A stretch of 64,000 nt of DNA from Alphaproteobacteria bacterium (GCA_964291675.2 OZ219866.1:416001-480000), one strand, 5' to 3'; counted from the stretch's first letter, positions 1-10,648 are shown. The notes: generated from the letters alone by a model not told the origin. Program-made: numbers and translations.

Positions 1-1
1 C

Positions 2-703
2 GAAGAGATCGAAGCCATCCACAACGTCGACATGGCCGTCAACGAGGGCGAGTTCGTGTCGATCCTGGGGCCGAGCGGCTGCGGCAAGTCGACATTGCTG
101 ATGGCGGTCGGCGGGCTGCTGCCGATCAGCGCGGGGACGATCGAGATCGACCGCGATGCGGTGACCGGGCCGAGGCGCGATACCGGCGTGGTGTTCCAGT
201 CGCCGGTGCTGATGCCGTGGCGCACCATCGAGAAGAACGTGCTGTTCCCCATCGAGAGCCTCGGGCTCCGGGTCGCCGACTACCGGGACGGGGCCGACGC
301 GCTCCTGGAGATGACCGGGCTCGACGGCTTCGCCGACAACTTCCCGAGCGAGCTGTCGGGCGGGATGCAGCAGCGTGTGGCGATCTGCCGCGCGCTGATC
401 CACAACCCGAGCCTGTTGCTGATGGACGAGCCGTTCAGCGCGCTGGATGCGATCACCCGCGACGCCATGAACCAGGAGCTGCTGAGGATCTGGCAGGAGT
501 TCCAGAAGACGGTGCTGTTCGTCACCCATTCGATCCGCGAGGCGGTGTTCCTGTCCGACCGCGTGTTCGTGATGTCGCCGCGCCCCGCCGTGATCAGCCA
601 GATCGTCGACATCGACCTGCCGCGCCCGCGCAGGCTGGAGATCGAGGAGACGCCCGAGTTCAACGTCTATGTCGCCGAGCTGCGCAAGGCGATCGAGGGA
701 TAG
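2..703 (+). CDS. NitT/TauT-family ABC transporter ATP-binding protein (probably starts before the window)
   Basis: Walker A GPSGCGKST, signature LSGGMQQR, Walker B LLLMDEPF; frame open back to base 2. Confidence 0.93.
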   Translation, partial: EEIEAIHNVDMAVNEGEFVSILGPSGCGKSTLLMAVGGLLPISAGTIEIDRDAVTGPRRDTGVVFQSPVLMPWRTIEKNVLFPIESLGLRVADYRDGADALLEMTGLDGFADNFPSELSGGMQQRVAICRALIHNPSLLLMDEPFSALDAITRDAMNQELLRIWQEFQKTVLFVTHSIREAVFLSDRVFVMSPRPAVISQIVDIDLPRPRRLEIEETPEFNVYVAELRKAIEG

Positions 704-706
704 GCC

Positions 707-1504
707 ATGGAAAGAGCGGACGAGAACGGCGTCGCGGCCAAGATCACCGCCCAGGCGGTCAACCTCTTCCCCGCCACGGTCATTTCCATCGCCATCCTGA
801 TCGTCTGGCAGGTGGTCGTGGTCGTGCTGAAGATCCCCGAGGCGATCCTGCCGACGCCGACCCGCATCTTCGACGTCATGGTCGAGCGCTACGACCTCCT
901 GCTGACTCACACCTGGCCGACCGCCGTGCAATGCATCTACGGGTTCCTGCTCGCGGTCGCGGTCGGTGTCGGGCTCGGCATCATGCTCGCCTTCTCGCGG
1001 CTCTTCCGCACCGGGGTCTACCCGCTGGTGATCGCCTTCCAGGTGGTGCCCAAGGTGGCGCTCGCGCCGCTGTTCATCGTCTGGTTCGGGCTCGGCATGA
1101 CGTCGCGGGTCCTCCTCGCCTTCGTCATCGCCTTCTTCCCGATGGTGGTCAACACCTTCGCCGGCATCCAGAGCACCGACCCGGTGATGATCCGCATGGC
1201 GCGCTCGTTCAGCGCGAGCCGCTGGACCATCTTCTCCAAGATCGAGTTCCCGACGGCGCTGCCCTACATCTTCTCCGGGCTCAAGATCGGCATCACCTTC
1301 GCGGTGATCGGCATCATCGTCGCCGAGTTCGTCACCGCGCAGGAAGGGCTCGGCTACCTGATCGTGTTCTCGGAAGGCAATGTGGATACGCCGATGCTGA
1401 TGGCGGCGATCTTCGTCCTGAGCGTCGTCGGCGTGATCCTGTATGCGCTGATCGTGCTGCTGGAGAAGCTGGTGATCCGCTGGGACGTGGGCCAGAAGCT
1501 GTAA
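707..1504 (+). CDS. NitT/TauT-family ABC transporter permease
   Basis: Multiple TM segments, PKVALAPLFIVWFG motif, follows the ATPase. Confidence 0.93.
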   Translation: MERADENGVAAKITAQAVNLFPATVISIAILIVWQVVVVVLKIPEAILPTPTRIFDVMVERYDLLLTHTWPTAVQCIYGFLLAVAVGVGLGIMLAFSRLFRTGVYPLVIAFQVVPKVALAPLFIVWFGLGMTSRVLLAFVIAFFPMVVNTFAGIQSTDPVMIRMARSFSASRWTIFSKIEFPTALPYIFSGLKIGITFAVIGIIVAEFVTAQEGLGYLIVFSEGNVDTPMLMAAIFVLSVVGVILYALIVLLEKLVIRWDVGQKL

Positions 1505-1517
1505 GGGAAAAGTCCGC

Positions 1518-2390
1518 TTGAAACCGCCGCGCTTCGACTACCGCGCGCCCGAGAGCCTCGACGAAGCCCTCGACCTGCTGGCCGATTCAGGGCCGGACGC
1601 CAGGATTCTCGCCGGCGGCCAGAGCCTGGTGCCGGTGCTCAACTTCCGCCTCGCCCGGCCGCGCCTGCTGATCGACATCAACCGGGTGCCGGGGATCGCG
1701 GGGATCGAGGATGCGGGCGACCGGCTGATCCTGGGCGCGATGACCCGCCAGCGGGAGATCGAGGTCTCCGCGACCGTCGCGCGGGCGGCGCCGCTGCTGC
1801 ACGAGGCGACCCGCCATGTCGCCCATCTCCCCATCCGCACCCGCGGCACCATCGGCGGCAGCATCGCCAACGCCGACCCGGCGGCGGAAGACCCCGCGGT
1901 CGCCGCCGCGCTGGAGGCGACGATGGTCTGCCGGTCGCGCCGCGGCGAGCGCCGGATCGCCGCCGCCGGGTTCTTCGTCGACGTGCTGACCACGGCGCTG
2001 GAGCCGGACGAGATGCTCATCGCCGTCGAGCTCCCCAAGATCCCCGCCGGCGCGGGCGCGGCCTTCGCCGAGATCAGCCGCCGCGACGGCGATTTCGCGC
2101 TCGCCGGCGTCGCCGCGCAGATCGCGCTCTCGGACGGCCGGGTGAGCGATGCGCGGATTTCCGCCTGCGGCATCGGTCCGGCGCCGGTCCGGTTCCGCGA
2201 GGCCGAGGAGATCCTGCTCGACGGCGCCTGCGAGATGGCGGCGATCGAGGCGGCCGCCAGGGCCGTCGCCGCCGCCTGCGACCCGCACGGCGACGTGCAT
2301 GCGAGCGCGGCCTATCGCCGCCAGCTCGCCGAAGCGATGGCCCGGCGCGCGCTGCAGACCGCGCGGGCCCGGGCGGGAGAGAGCGCATGA
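1518..2390 (+). CDS. Xanthine dehydrogenase/CoxM-family FAD-binding medium subunit
   Basis: MKPPRFDY start, AGGQSL and RGTIGGS FAD motifs. Confidence 0.92.
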   Translation: MKPPRFDYRAPESLDEALDLLADSGPDARILAGGQSLVPVLNFRLARPRLLIDINRVPGIAGIEDAGDRLILGAMTRQREIEVSATVARAAPLLHEATRHVAHLPIRTRGTIGGSIANADPAAEDPAVAAALEATMVCRSRRGERRIAAAGFFVDVLTTALEPDEMLIAVELPKIPAGAGAAFAEISRRDGDFALAGVAAQIALSDGRVSDARISACGIGPAPVRFREAEEILLDGACEMAAIEAAARAVAAACDPHGDVHASAAYRRQLAEAMARRALQTARARAGESA

Positions 2391-2863
2391 GCGACGCACG
2401 ACGCGTGACCGTCACGGTCAACGGCGAGAGCCGGACCGGCGAGGCCGAGCCCCGCCTGCTGCTGAGCGACTTCCTGCGCGAGACGCTGGGGCTGACCGGT
2501 ACCCATGTCGGCTGCGAGCACGGCATCTGCGGCGCCTGCACGGTGCAGGTGAACGGCGAGGCGGCGCGCTCCTGCCTGATGTTCGCGGTCCAGGCGGACG
2601 GCGCCGAGATCGCCACCATCGAGGGGCTGGCGGATGGCGAGACCCTGCACCCCCTGCAGCGGCTGTTCTCCAAGCACCGCGCGCTGCAATGCGGGTTCTG
2701 CACGCCGGGCATGCTGATGACCGCGCTCGACCTGGTCCGCCACCGCCCCGACATGACCGAGGCGGAGATCCGCTCGGGCATGGCGGCCGTGCTCTGCCGC
2801 TGCACCGGCTACGAGGGCATCGTGCATGCGGTGGCCGAATATGCCAGCGGGGTCGAGACATGA
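2387..2863 (+). CDS. CoxS-like (2Fe-2S) small subunit
   Basis: GCEHGICGAC, QCGFCTPG and CRCTGY motifs; ATGA overlap with upstream gene. Confidence 0.95.
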   Translation: MSDARRVTVTVNGESRTGEAEPRLLLSDFLRETLGLTGTHVGCEHGICGACTVQVNGEAARSCLMFAVQADGAEIATIEGLADGETLHPLQRLFSKHRALQCGFCTPGMLMTALDLVRHRPDMTEAEIRSGMAAVLCRCTGYEGIVHAVAEYASGVET

Positions 2864-5217
2864 GCGCGACCTCTCCGGCCGGCTATATCGGGCGCTCGGT
2901 CCCGCGCCGCGAGGACCGGCGGCTGCTGCTGGGCCAGGGCGCCTATGTCGCCGATCTGGTGCTGCCGGGGATGGTGCATGCGGCGTTCGCGCGGAGCCAG
3001 CTCGCGCATGCCCGCATCGCCTCCATCGACCTCGCCCCGGCCGCTGCCGAGCCGGGGGCGGCGTTTGCGATGAGCGGCGCCGAGCTCGCGCGCGAGATGC
3101 CGCCGATCGGCGGCATGCAGGTCACCGCGCCCAAGGGCTGGGCGGAGCGGGTCGAGCACAGCATCGACCTGCCGCCGCAGAACCTGATGGCGAGCGACCG
3201 GGTGCGCTATGTCGGCGAGGCCTTCGCCGTGGTCTGCGCCGACAGCCGCTATGCCGCCGAGGACGCGATCGAGGCGATCGACGTCGAGTTCGAGCCCCTG
3301 CCCGCGGTGGTCGACCCGGAGAGGGCGAAGGAGGGCGAGATCCTCCACCCCGATATCGGCGGCAACGCGGTCGCCGCGCTGCATGTCGAGAAGGGCGACG
3401 TGGCGCGCGCGATGGAATCCGCGCCGCACCGCATCCGGCGCCGCTTCCGCCACCACCGCTATGCCGCCATGCCGCTCGAATGCCGCGGCGTCGCCGCCGA
3501 GTACGACCGGCGGACCGACTCGCTCACCGTCTGGTCGTCGACCCAGGTGGTCCACTGGGTCAGGAAGGAGCTCGCCCATGCGCTCGGCATGGCAGAGGAG
3601 AAGATCCGCGTGCTGGCGCCGGATGTCGGCGGCGGGTTCGGCGGCAAGGGGCATGTCTACCCGGAGGACCTGATCATCCCCTTCCTCGCCCGGCGGATCG
3701 GCAGGCCGGTGCGCTGGGTCGAGGACCGGCACGAGCACATCCTCAACGCGGCGCATTCGCGCGACAACGTCCACGAGGCCGAGATCGGCTTCGACGACGA
3801 GGGCCGCATCCTCGCCTTCCGCGACCGCTTCGTCGTCGATTCGGGCGCCTATTCCCCGGTCGGCGCCGGGGTCGCCTACAACACCACGGCGCATCTGCTG
3901 GGCCCCTACGACATCGAGAATTTCTCCGGCACCACCGAGATGGTGGTCACCAACAAGACGCCCAACGCGCCCTATCGCGGCGCCGGGCGGCCGGAGGCGA
4001 CGCAGGTAACCGAACGGCTGATGGACATCGTCGCCGGCGCGCTCGGGCTGGAGCCCGCCCGGGTGCGGCTGCGCAACATGATCGGCCCGGAACGGATGCC
4101 GTATGCGGTCGGGCTGCCCTACCGCGACGGCGTCGAGATGGTCTACGACAGCGGCGACTACCCGGCCTCGCTCAACCGCGCGATCGACGAGATCGGCGGG
4201 ATCGAGGCGTTCCGCGCCCGCCAGATCGAGGCCCGCGCGGAGGGACGCTGGCTCGGGCTCGGCCTCGGCTGCTACACCGAGGGCACCGGCGTCGGCCCGT
4301 TCGAGGGCGCGACGGTGAAGGTCGACGCCTCGGGCAAGATCGTGGTGGCGACCGGCGCCTGCCCGATCGGCCAGGGGCACGAGACGGTATTCGCCCAGGT
4401 GACGGCGGATGCCTGGAAGGTGCCGATCGAGGACGTGGTGGTGCTGCTCGCCGACACCTCGACGCTGACCATGGGCTACGGCTCGATCGCCAGCCGGTCG
4501 ACGGTCACCTCGTCGATGGCGATCGGCGATGCGAGCGACAAGGTGAAGGCGAAGGTGCTCGGCGTCGCCGCCCATCTGCTGGAGGCGAGCGAGGCCGATC
4601 TCGAGCTCGGGGACGGCAGGGTCGCGGTCAAGGGCGTGTCGGAAATGTCGGTCACGCTCCGCGAGATCGCCGCCGCGGCGGCGCCCGGCTGGCTGTCGCG
4701 CCGCCCGCAAGGCAGCGAGGCCGGGCTGGAAGCGACCTCCTATTACGAGCCGCCCACCGTCACCTGGGCCTATGCGTCGAACGCCGCCATTGTCGAGATC
4801 GAGCCCGATACCGGTCGGGTGCGGATCGAGCGCTATGTCGAGGTGCACGACGCCGGCCGGCTGGTCAATCCCGGGCTCGCCGACGGCCAGGTCAAGGGCG
4901 GGCTGGTGCAGGGGCTCGGCGGCGCGCTGTATGAGTCGATCGAATACGACGAGCAGGGCCAGCTATTGACCGGGAGCTTCGCCGACTACCTGCTGCCGAC
5001 CGCCGCCGAGACGCCGCCGATCGAGGTGGTCCACATGGAGACGCCGACCCCGCTGAATGCGCTCGGCGTCAAGGGGCTCGGCGAAGGCGGCGCGATCGCG
5101 CCCCCGGTGGTGATCGCCAACGCGGTGAGCGACGCGCTGAAACCCTTCGGCGTGGAGTTCAACACCCTGCCGATCCGCTGGCAGGACGTGCGCGCCGCGT
5201 TCGACGCGGCGGGGTAG
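2860..5217 (+). CDS. Xanthine dehydrogenase-family molybdopterin-binding large subunit
   Basis: GGGFGGK, PYRGAGRPEA, GQGHET, KGLGEGG motifs; ATG at 2860 overlaps the upstream stop. Confidence 0.93.
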   Translation: MSATSPAGYIGRSVPRREDRRLLLGQGAYVADLVLPGMVHAAFARSQLAHARIASIDLAPAAAEPGAAFAMSGAELAREMPPIGGMQVTAPKGWAERVEHSIDLPPQNLMASDRVRYVGEAFAVVCADSRYAAEDAIEAIDVEFEPLPAVVDPERAKEGEILHPDIGGNAVAALHVEKGDVARAMESAPHRIRRRFRHHRYAAMPLECRGVAAEYDRRTDSLTVWSSTQVVHWVRKELAHALGMAEEKIRVLAPDVGGGFGGKGHVYPEDLIIPFLARRIGRPVRWVEDRHEHILNAAHSRDNVHEAEIGFDDEGRILAFRDRFVVDSGAYSPVGAGVAYNTTAHLLGPYDIENFSGTTEMVVTNKTPNAPYRGAGRPEATQVTERLMDIVAGALGLEPARVRLRNMIGPERMPYAVGLPYRDGVEMVYDSGDYPASLNRAIDEIGGIEAFRARQIEARAEGRWLGLGLGCYTEGTGVGPFEGATVKVDASGKIVVATGACPIGQGHETVFAQVTADAWKVPIEDVVVLLADTSTLTMGYGSIASRSTVTSSMAIGDASDKVKAKVLGVAAHLLEASEADLELGDGRVAVKGVSEMSVTLREIAAAAAPGWLSRRPQGSEAGLEATSYYEPPTVTWAYASNAAIVEIEPDTGRVRIERYVEVHDAGRLVNPGLADGQVKGGLVQGLGGALYESIEYDEQGQLLTGSFADYLLPTAAETPPIEVVHMETPTPLNALGVKGLGEGGAIAPPVVIANAVSDALKPFGVEFNTLPIRWQDVRAAFDAAG

Positions 5218-5225
5218 GGCCGCAA

Positions 5226-5262
5226 GGAAAAGGGCCGGCACGCAGCCGCACCGGCCCTTTCC
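5226..5262. terminator. Hairpin between convergent genes, probable bidirectional terminator
   Basis: GGAAAAGGGCCGG ... CCGGCCCTTTCC inverted repeat. Confidence 0.7.
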
Positions 5263-5287
5263 GTCCGCTTGCGCGTGGCGCCGGGCG

Positions 5288-6334
5288 CTACATCTCGTAG
5301 ATCAGCTTGCGCGCGCGGGCGACGACCTCGGGCGAGGCGTCGGTGACGGCCTGCGCGACGGCCTTCTGGATGTCGACGCCGGTGGCCGCCATCAGCCGCA
5401 GCTTGCGCCGCTGCAGGTCGGAGGCGAAGCCCTTGTCGGCGTTCATCTTGTCATAGGCCATCTGCAGGGTCTTGACCGCGTCGTCGGAGGCGTCCGGGTG
5501 CAGGGCGAGCCCGCGCCCGAGGATCCCGGCAACCGCGATGAAGTTGACCACCGCCTTGTCCATCTTGTCCTTGACCAGGTCGCCGAGCATGGGCACGTCG
5601 GCGGGCAGGTCCGGATCGCGGAAGATGCCGACCTGCAGCACCGCCTTGGCGAACTGCTTGCCGTCCTTGTCGGGCTTGAACCACTGCGGCACCTTGGAGC
5701 TCCAGGCCAGCCAGTTGAACGACGCGCAGTTGGTCTCGCCCTGCTCGACCGCGAGGATGCTGCGCGACGAGCCCTTGTAGCCGGTCACCATCTTGATCTT
5801 GAAGCCGAGCAGCGACGAGGCGAGCTTGGGCACGATATAGCCGGTCGAGCTCTTGCCGCTGGTCGAGCAGATCATGCCGGCCTTCTTCATGTCCTCCCAG
5901 CTGTTCACGCCGATATCGGTGCGCGACACCATGACCATGTTGGTCTGGTTGCTGGAGCCGACCCAGCGGAACTGGCGCGCGTCGTAGCGCATCTTCTTGG
6001 GCCGCATGAGCTGGTTCACGACCGAGTTGTCGAGCGGCACGATGAGATGGGCGTTGTCCTTCGGCGCCGCGTTGGCGAACCAGTTCATCGCCTTGGAGCC
6101 GCCGGCTCCCGGCATGTGCTGGACGATGACCGTCGGCTTGCCGGGGATGTGCCTGCCCAAATGGTCGGAGAAGGTCTGGCCGTACTTGTCGTAGGTGCCG
6201 CCCGGCCCGTAGGGGATGATGATCCTGATCGTCTTGCCGTCATACATCTGCGCCGAAGCGCTGCCCGCCGCGATGGCGAGCGCGGCCGCCGCGAGGATCG
6301 CCCCGCGCCCGAACCGCATCCCGGTCTTCGTCAT
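5288..6334 (-). CDS. Bug/TctC-family tripartite tricarboxylate transporter substrate-binding protein
   Basis: Signal peptide, IIIPYGPGGTYD, MPGAGG, GYKGS motifs. Confidence 0.88.
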   Translation of the reverse strand: MTKTGMRFGRGAILAAAALAIAAGSASAQMYDGKTIRIIIPYGPGGTYDKYGQTFSDHLGRHIPGKPTVIVQHMPGAGGSKAMNWFANAAPKDNAHLIVPLDNSVVNQLMRPKKMRYDARQFRWVGSSNQTNMVMVSRTDIGVNSWEDMKKAGMICSTSGKSSTGYIVPKLASSLLGFKIKMVTGYKGSSRSILAVEQGETNCASFNWLAWSSKVPQWFKPDKDGKQFAKAVLQVGIFRDPDLPADVPMLGDLVKDKMDKAVVNFIAVAGILGRGLALHPDASDDAVKTLQMAYDKMNADKGFASDLQRRKLRLMAATGVDIQKAVAQAVTDASPEVVARARKLIYEM

Positions 6335-6455
6335 GTCGTGCGTCTCCCGATTGCCGTACCGGACGCCCAACGGCGGGCGCCGCTGCCACAAACTCGCATC
6401 GCGGCGCAGATTCCGCAACCCGCGATTGCCCTCCGGCGGCGCTGCGCAGCGCCGG

Positions 6456-7025
6456 TCAATCGAGCGCGTAGGGCACCTGCCTGGGGCCGAAGCGCTGGAG
6501 CCGGTCGCCGGTCTCCAGGTCGTACCAGGTCTGCGGGTTCGTCCCGACATTGGCGCTGCGCAGGATGATGCCGACGGTGCGCTTGGGGCCGTTGTACTCG
6601 GCGTGGATCTCGCCCGGCGGCACGAAGTCGATATAGCCCGGCGAGACCTCGTGGTCGCCGACCATTTCGAGGTCGTCCGCGCCCCCGGCCCGCCGGTAGC
6701 GGTGCACCGTCTCGCCGCCCTCGAGCACGCCGTAGACGGTCCACACCCTGCCGTGGTCGTGCACCGGCGTCGCCTCGCCCGGCTCCTTGATCAGCGCGTT
6801 GAGGACGAAGCCGTAATCGGGGTCCTCGTAGAACAGCAGGTTCTCGTAATGCCCCTTCGCCGGGTCGTTGCGCGACGGCCAGGAAGCGGCGCGCCGTTTG
6901 AGCTCCGGGTCCGCCAGCAGGTCCCCGAGATAGGGCCGCGCCTTCTCGAAGCGCTCCGCCTCGTCCCCGGTGGCGGCGCAGAGCGCGCGCATGCGCTCGA
7001 TGAAGTCCTGCATCGCCGGCAGCAT
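6456..7025 (-). CDS. Cysteine-dioxygenase-like cupin
   Basis: TPVHDH ... EIH three-His pattern; GGAG RBS before ATG 7025. Confidence 0.75.
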   Translation of the reverse strand: MLPAMQDFIERMRALCAATGDEAERFEKARPYLGDLLADPELKRRAASWPSRNDPAKGHYENLLFYEDPDYGFVLNALIKEPGEATPVHDHGRVWTVYGVLEGGETVHRYRRAGGADDLEMVGDHEVSPGYIDFVPPGEIHAEYNGPKRTVGIILRSANVGTNPQTWYDLETGDRLQRFGPRQVPYALD

Positions 7026-7104
7026 CGCGCTCTCCTCCCCTGGACCGGTGCGATCCTCGCACAACCGATGGATGGCGGAAAGCCCGCGCTCCCACCTTGT
7101 GGCA

Positions 7105-7158
7105 TGGATGGCCGGAACCGGCCCCGGACTGCGATCCGGGGCAAGTCCGGCCATGACG
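7105..7158 (-). repeat. CGTC-type REP palindrome (family B) with inner hairpin
   Basis: Reverse strand CGTCATGGCCGGAC...CCGGCCATCCA; related copies near 10649 and 32556. Confidence 0.75.
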
Positions 7159-7210
7159 CGGGGGGGCAAATGCGGCAGTCTGTCGGCGGTTGGACAGGGC
7201 GGAGGACCGG

Positions 7211-7999
7211 ATGGACATCGTCGTCGACAGAAGCGCGACCTATGACAGCCTGAGGGACCGCGTGGTGATCGTCACCGGGGCGGGCCAGGGGATCGGGCGC
7301 GGCCTCGCGCATCACTTCGCGGCCCAGGGGGCGGTGCCGGTGATCGCCGACATCGACGGCGGCAATGCCGCGCGCGTGCAGGCGGAGATCGAGGACGGCG
7401 GCGGCCGCGCGCTCGGCATGGAGACCGACGTGGCGAGCGAGGCGGCGGCGCGGGCGATGGCCGGGGCGGCGCTCGCCGCGTTCGGGCGGATCGACGTGCT
7501 GATCAACAACGCGGCCGTGTTCTCGCGCATCACCATGGCGCCGTTCTGGGAGCTGCCGGTGGACGAGTGGAAGCGGGCGATGGACGTGAACATCACCGGC
7601 GCCTTCTTCTGCGCCCGCGCCGTGGTGCCGGCGATGCAGGAGGCCGGCTGGGGGCGGATCGTCAACGTCACCTCGGGCACGGTGAAGTCGGGCCCGCCCA
7701 ACTACCTGCACTACGTCACGTCGAAATCCGCCGTCATCGGCATGACCCGGTCGATGGCGCGCGAGCTTGGCGCCTGGAACATCACCGTCAACACGTTCTG
7801 GCCCGGCGTGACCGATACCGGCATCCCGAGGCCCTCGGTGCCGGCCGAGATGTTCGAGAAATTCGTCGAGATGCAGGTCATCAAGCGTTCCACGCGGATC
7901 GAGGACATGGCCAGGCCGATGCTGTTCCTCTGCTCCGACGAGGCCTCCTATATCACCGGGCAGATCCTGGAGGCCGATGGCGGGCTCAATTTCGGGTAG
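7211..7999 (+). CDS. SDR-family oxidoreductase
   Basis: [17 protein letters not shown] catalytic YxxxK; GGAGG RBS. Confidence 0.93.
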   Translation: MDIVVDRSATYDSLRDRVVIVTGAGQGIGRGLAHHFAAQGAVPVIADIDGGNAARVQAEIEDGGGRALGMETDVASEAAARAMAGAALAAFGRIDVLINNAAVFSRITMAPFWELPVDEWKRAMDVNITGAFFCARAVVPAMQEAGWGRIVNVTSGTVKSGPPNYLHYVTSKSAVIGMTRSMARELGAWNITVNTFWPGVTDTGIPRPSVPAEMFEKFVEMQVIKRSTRIEDMARPMLFLCSDEASYITGQILEADGGLNFG

Positions 8000-8021
8000 G
8001 GCCGACGACGCGGAGGACGAG

Positions 8022-9338
8022 ATGGACACGCTGGCCGCCACCGGGCTCGAATACCAGACCGGCTTCGCCAACGCCTTCGAGAGCGAGGCGATCCCGGGCG
8101 CGCTCCCGATCGGGCGCAACTCGCCCCAGAAGGTGCCGTTCGGGCTCTATGCCGAGCAGCTCAGCGGGACCGCGTTCACCGCGCCGCAGGACTGCAACCG
8201 CCGGAGCTGGCTCTACCGCATCCGGCCCTCGGTGAGCCAGGGGCGCCATGCGCGGATCGACAACGGGCTGCTGCGCTCGGCCCCGGTCGGCGAGGCGCCC
8301 TGCCCGCCCGACCAGATGCGCTGGGACCCGCTGCCCGTGCCCGACGGGGACTGCGACTTCGTCGACGGCCTCGCCACCCTCGTCGCGGCCGGCGACCTCG
8401 CGGCGCAGGCCGGGATGGCGGCGCATGTCTACCGCGCCAACCGGCCGATGGAGGACCGGTTCTTCTGCAACGCCGACGGCGAGATGCTGATCGTCCCGCA
8501 GCAGGGCCGGCTGCTGATCGCCACCGAGCTCGGCGCCCTGCTCGCCGCGCCGGGCGAGATCGCCGTAGTCCAGCGCGGCATCCGCTTCCGGGTCGAGCTT
8601 CCCGACGGGCCGAGCCGGGGCTATGTCTGCGAGAACTACGGCGTCGCGTTCCGCCTGCCCGAGCGCGGGCCGATCGGCGCCAACGGGCTCGCCAACCCGC
8701 GCGATTTCCGCGCCCCCGTCGCGCGCTACGAGGACCGCGAGGGCGATTTCGAGATCGTCTCCAAGTTCTTCGGCAATCTGTGGGCCGCGCCGATCGGCCA
8801 TTCGCCGCTCGACGTCGTCGCCTGGCACGGCAACTACGTCCCCTACAAGTACGACCTCGCATCCTTCAACGCGATCGGGACGGTGAGCTTCGACCACCCC
8901 GACCCGTCGATCTACACCGTGCTGACCTCGCCGTCGGACCTGCCGGGGACGGCGAACGTGGATTTCGTGATCTTCCCGCCGCGCTGGCTGGTGGCCGAGG
9001 ACACGTTCCGCCCGCCCTGGTTCCACCGCAACGCGATGAGCGAGTTCATGGGGCTGGTGGCCGGCCGCTACGACGCCAAGGAGGAGGGCTTCGTGCCGGG
9101 CGGGGCGAGCCTGCACAACGCGATGGCGCCGCACGGGCCGGACGCCGACGCCAACGCCAGGGCGATCGCCGCCGAGCTCGCGCCGCAATACCTCGCCGAC
9201 ACCATGGCCTTCATGTTCGAGACCCGCTATGTCTGCCGGCCGACCGCCTTCGCGCTGGAGACCCCCTCGCGCCAGCGCGACTACCAGGACTGCTGGAACG
9301 GCCTCCCCCGAACCTTCGACCCGGGCCCGGGCGGCTGA
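8022..9338 (+). CDS. hmgA: Homogentisate 1,2-dioxygenase
   Basis: [50 protein letters not shown] motifs. Confidence 0.96.
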   Translation: MDTLAATGLEYQTGFANAFESEAIPGALPIGRNSPQKVPFGLYAEQLSGTAFTAPQDCNRRSWLYRIRPSVSQGRHARIDNGLLRSAPVGEAPCPPDQMRWDPLPVPDGDCDFVDGLATLVAAGDLAAQAGMAAHVYRANRPMEDRFFCNADGEMLIVPQQGRLLIATELGALLAAPGEIAVVQRGIRFRVELPDGPSRGYVCENYGVAFRLPERGPIGANGLANPRDFRAPVARYEDREGDFEIVSKFFGNLWAAPIGHSPLDVVAWHGNYVPYKYDLASFNAIGTVSFDHPDPSIYTVLTSPSDLPGTANVDFVIFPPRWLVAEDTFRPPWFHRNAMSEFMGLVAGRYDAKEEGFVPGGASLHNAMAPHGPDADANARAIAAELAPQYLADTMAFMFETRYVCRPTAFALETPSRQRDYQDCWNGLPRTFDPGPGG

Positions 9339-9357
9339 GGGCGCGTATCGAAGGACG
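9338..9357 (+). repeat. Partial REP family A copy
   Basis: AGGGCGCGTATCGAAGGACG identical to the 3' end of the copy at 27957-28065. Confidence 0.7.
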
Positions 9358-9367
9358 GCGGACGGCG

Positions 9368-10597
9368 ATGGCCGACAAGACGATACTCGTCGTGGGAACC
9401 TACGACACCAAGTCCCCGGAGCTCGCCTACATGGCCGACCGCATCCGCGCGCTCGGCGGCGGCGTGCTCGCCATGGACATGAGCGTGCTGGGCGATCCCG
9501 ACATCCCGGTCGACTACTCGAAGCACGACGTGGCCCGGGCCGGCGGCGGCTCGATCCGCCAGGCGGTCGATTCCGGCCACGAGAACGCCGCCATGCAGAT
9601 CATGGCCGGCGGCGCATCGGCGCTCGCCGCCGAGCTCCACGGACGGGGAGAATTCGACGGCATCGTGATCCTCGGCGGCACCATGGGGACCGATGCGGCG
9701 CTCGACATCTGCGGGGCGCTGCCGCTGGGCGTGCCCAAATACGTCGTCTCGACGATCTCCTTCTCGCCGCTGATCCCGCCCGGCCGGCTGTCGGCGGACG
9801 TCCAGATGATCCTGTGGGCGGGCGGCCTCTACGGGCTGAATTCGGTCTGCAAGGCGACGCTCAGCCAGGCGGCCGGCGCCGTGCTCGGCGCCGCGCGGGC
9901 CGCCGAGGCGCCGGCGGAGGACCGCCCGGTCGTCGGCATGACCTCGCTGGGCTCGGCCTCGATGAAGTACATGACCGCGCTGAAGCCCGCTTTGGAGGCG
10001 CGCGGCTACGAGGTCGCCATTTTCCACGCGACCGGCATGGGCGGGATGGCGTTCGAGAGCATCGCCTCGCGAGGCGGGTTCTGCTGCGTGATGGATTTCG
10101 CCCTCGTCGAGCTCGGCAATCTGATGATGGGCTCCGTCGTCAAGGCCGGAGAGGACCGCCTGCTGGGCGCGGGCCGCGCCGGGACCCCCCAGATCGTCGC
10201 GCCTGGATACCTCAACCTGGTCCACATCCCGACCTGGCAGGACCCGCCGCCGCAATTCGCCGACCGGCCGTTCCACACCCACAACCGGCTGGTCAAGTCG
10301 GGGCTGCTCGACGCGGCGGAGCGCAGGGCCATCGCCCGCGAGGTCGGCCGGCGGCTCGGGGAGAGCCGGGGGCCCGCGCATTTCATCCTGCCCAGGCGGG
10401 GCATCGTGCAATGGGACCGGCCGGGATACGAGGCGCACGACCCCGAGGGAATGGCGGCCTTCGCCGACGAGCTCCGCAAATCCGTCGCCGCGCCGGTCCG
10501 CATGACCGAGCTCGACTGCCACATCAACGACCCGGAATTTTGCGCCGCGGCGCTGGAGATCTTCGATCGCTGGGTCGCGGACGGCACGATCGGCTGA
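9368..10597 (+). CDS. Tm-1-like ATP-binding domain protein (UPF0261)
   Basis: VGTYDTK N-terminus, GGTMGT, FHATGMGG, HIND motifs. Confidence 0.88.
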   Translation: MADKTILVVGTYDTKSPELAYMADRIRALGGGVLAMDMSVLGDPDIPVDYSKHDVARAGGGSIRQAVDSGHENAAMQIMAGGASALAAELHGRGEFDGIVILGGTMGTDAALDICGALPLGVPKYVVSTISFSPLIPPGRLSADVQMILWAGGLYGLNSVCKATLSQAAGAVLGAARAAEAPAEDRPVVGMTSLGSASMKYMTALKPALEARGYEVAIFHATGMGGMAFESIASRGGFCCVMDFALVELGNLMMGSVVKAGEDRLLGAGRAGTPQIVAPGYLNLVHIPTWQDPPPQFADRPFHTHNRLVKSGLLDAAERRAIAREVGRRLGESRGPAHFILPRRGIVQWDRPGYEAHDPEGMAAFADELRKSVAAPVRMTELDCHINDPEFCAAALEIFDRWVADGTIG

Positions 10598-10648
10598 GGC
10601 GGGAGCCGAGCCGAAGGACGCTGCTGCTCCCCCCATCGTCACCCCCTC

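Noticed and set aside
1518-5217. Aerobic CO dehydrogenase coxMSL
   Set aside because: Lacks the AYxCSFR form I motif and accessory coxDEFG genes
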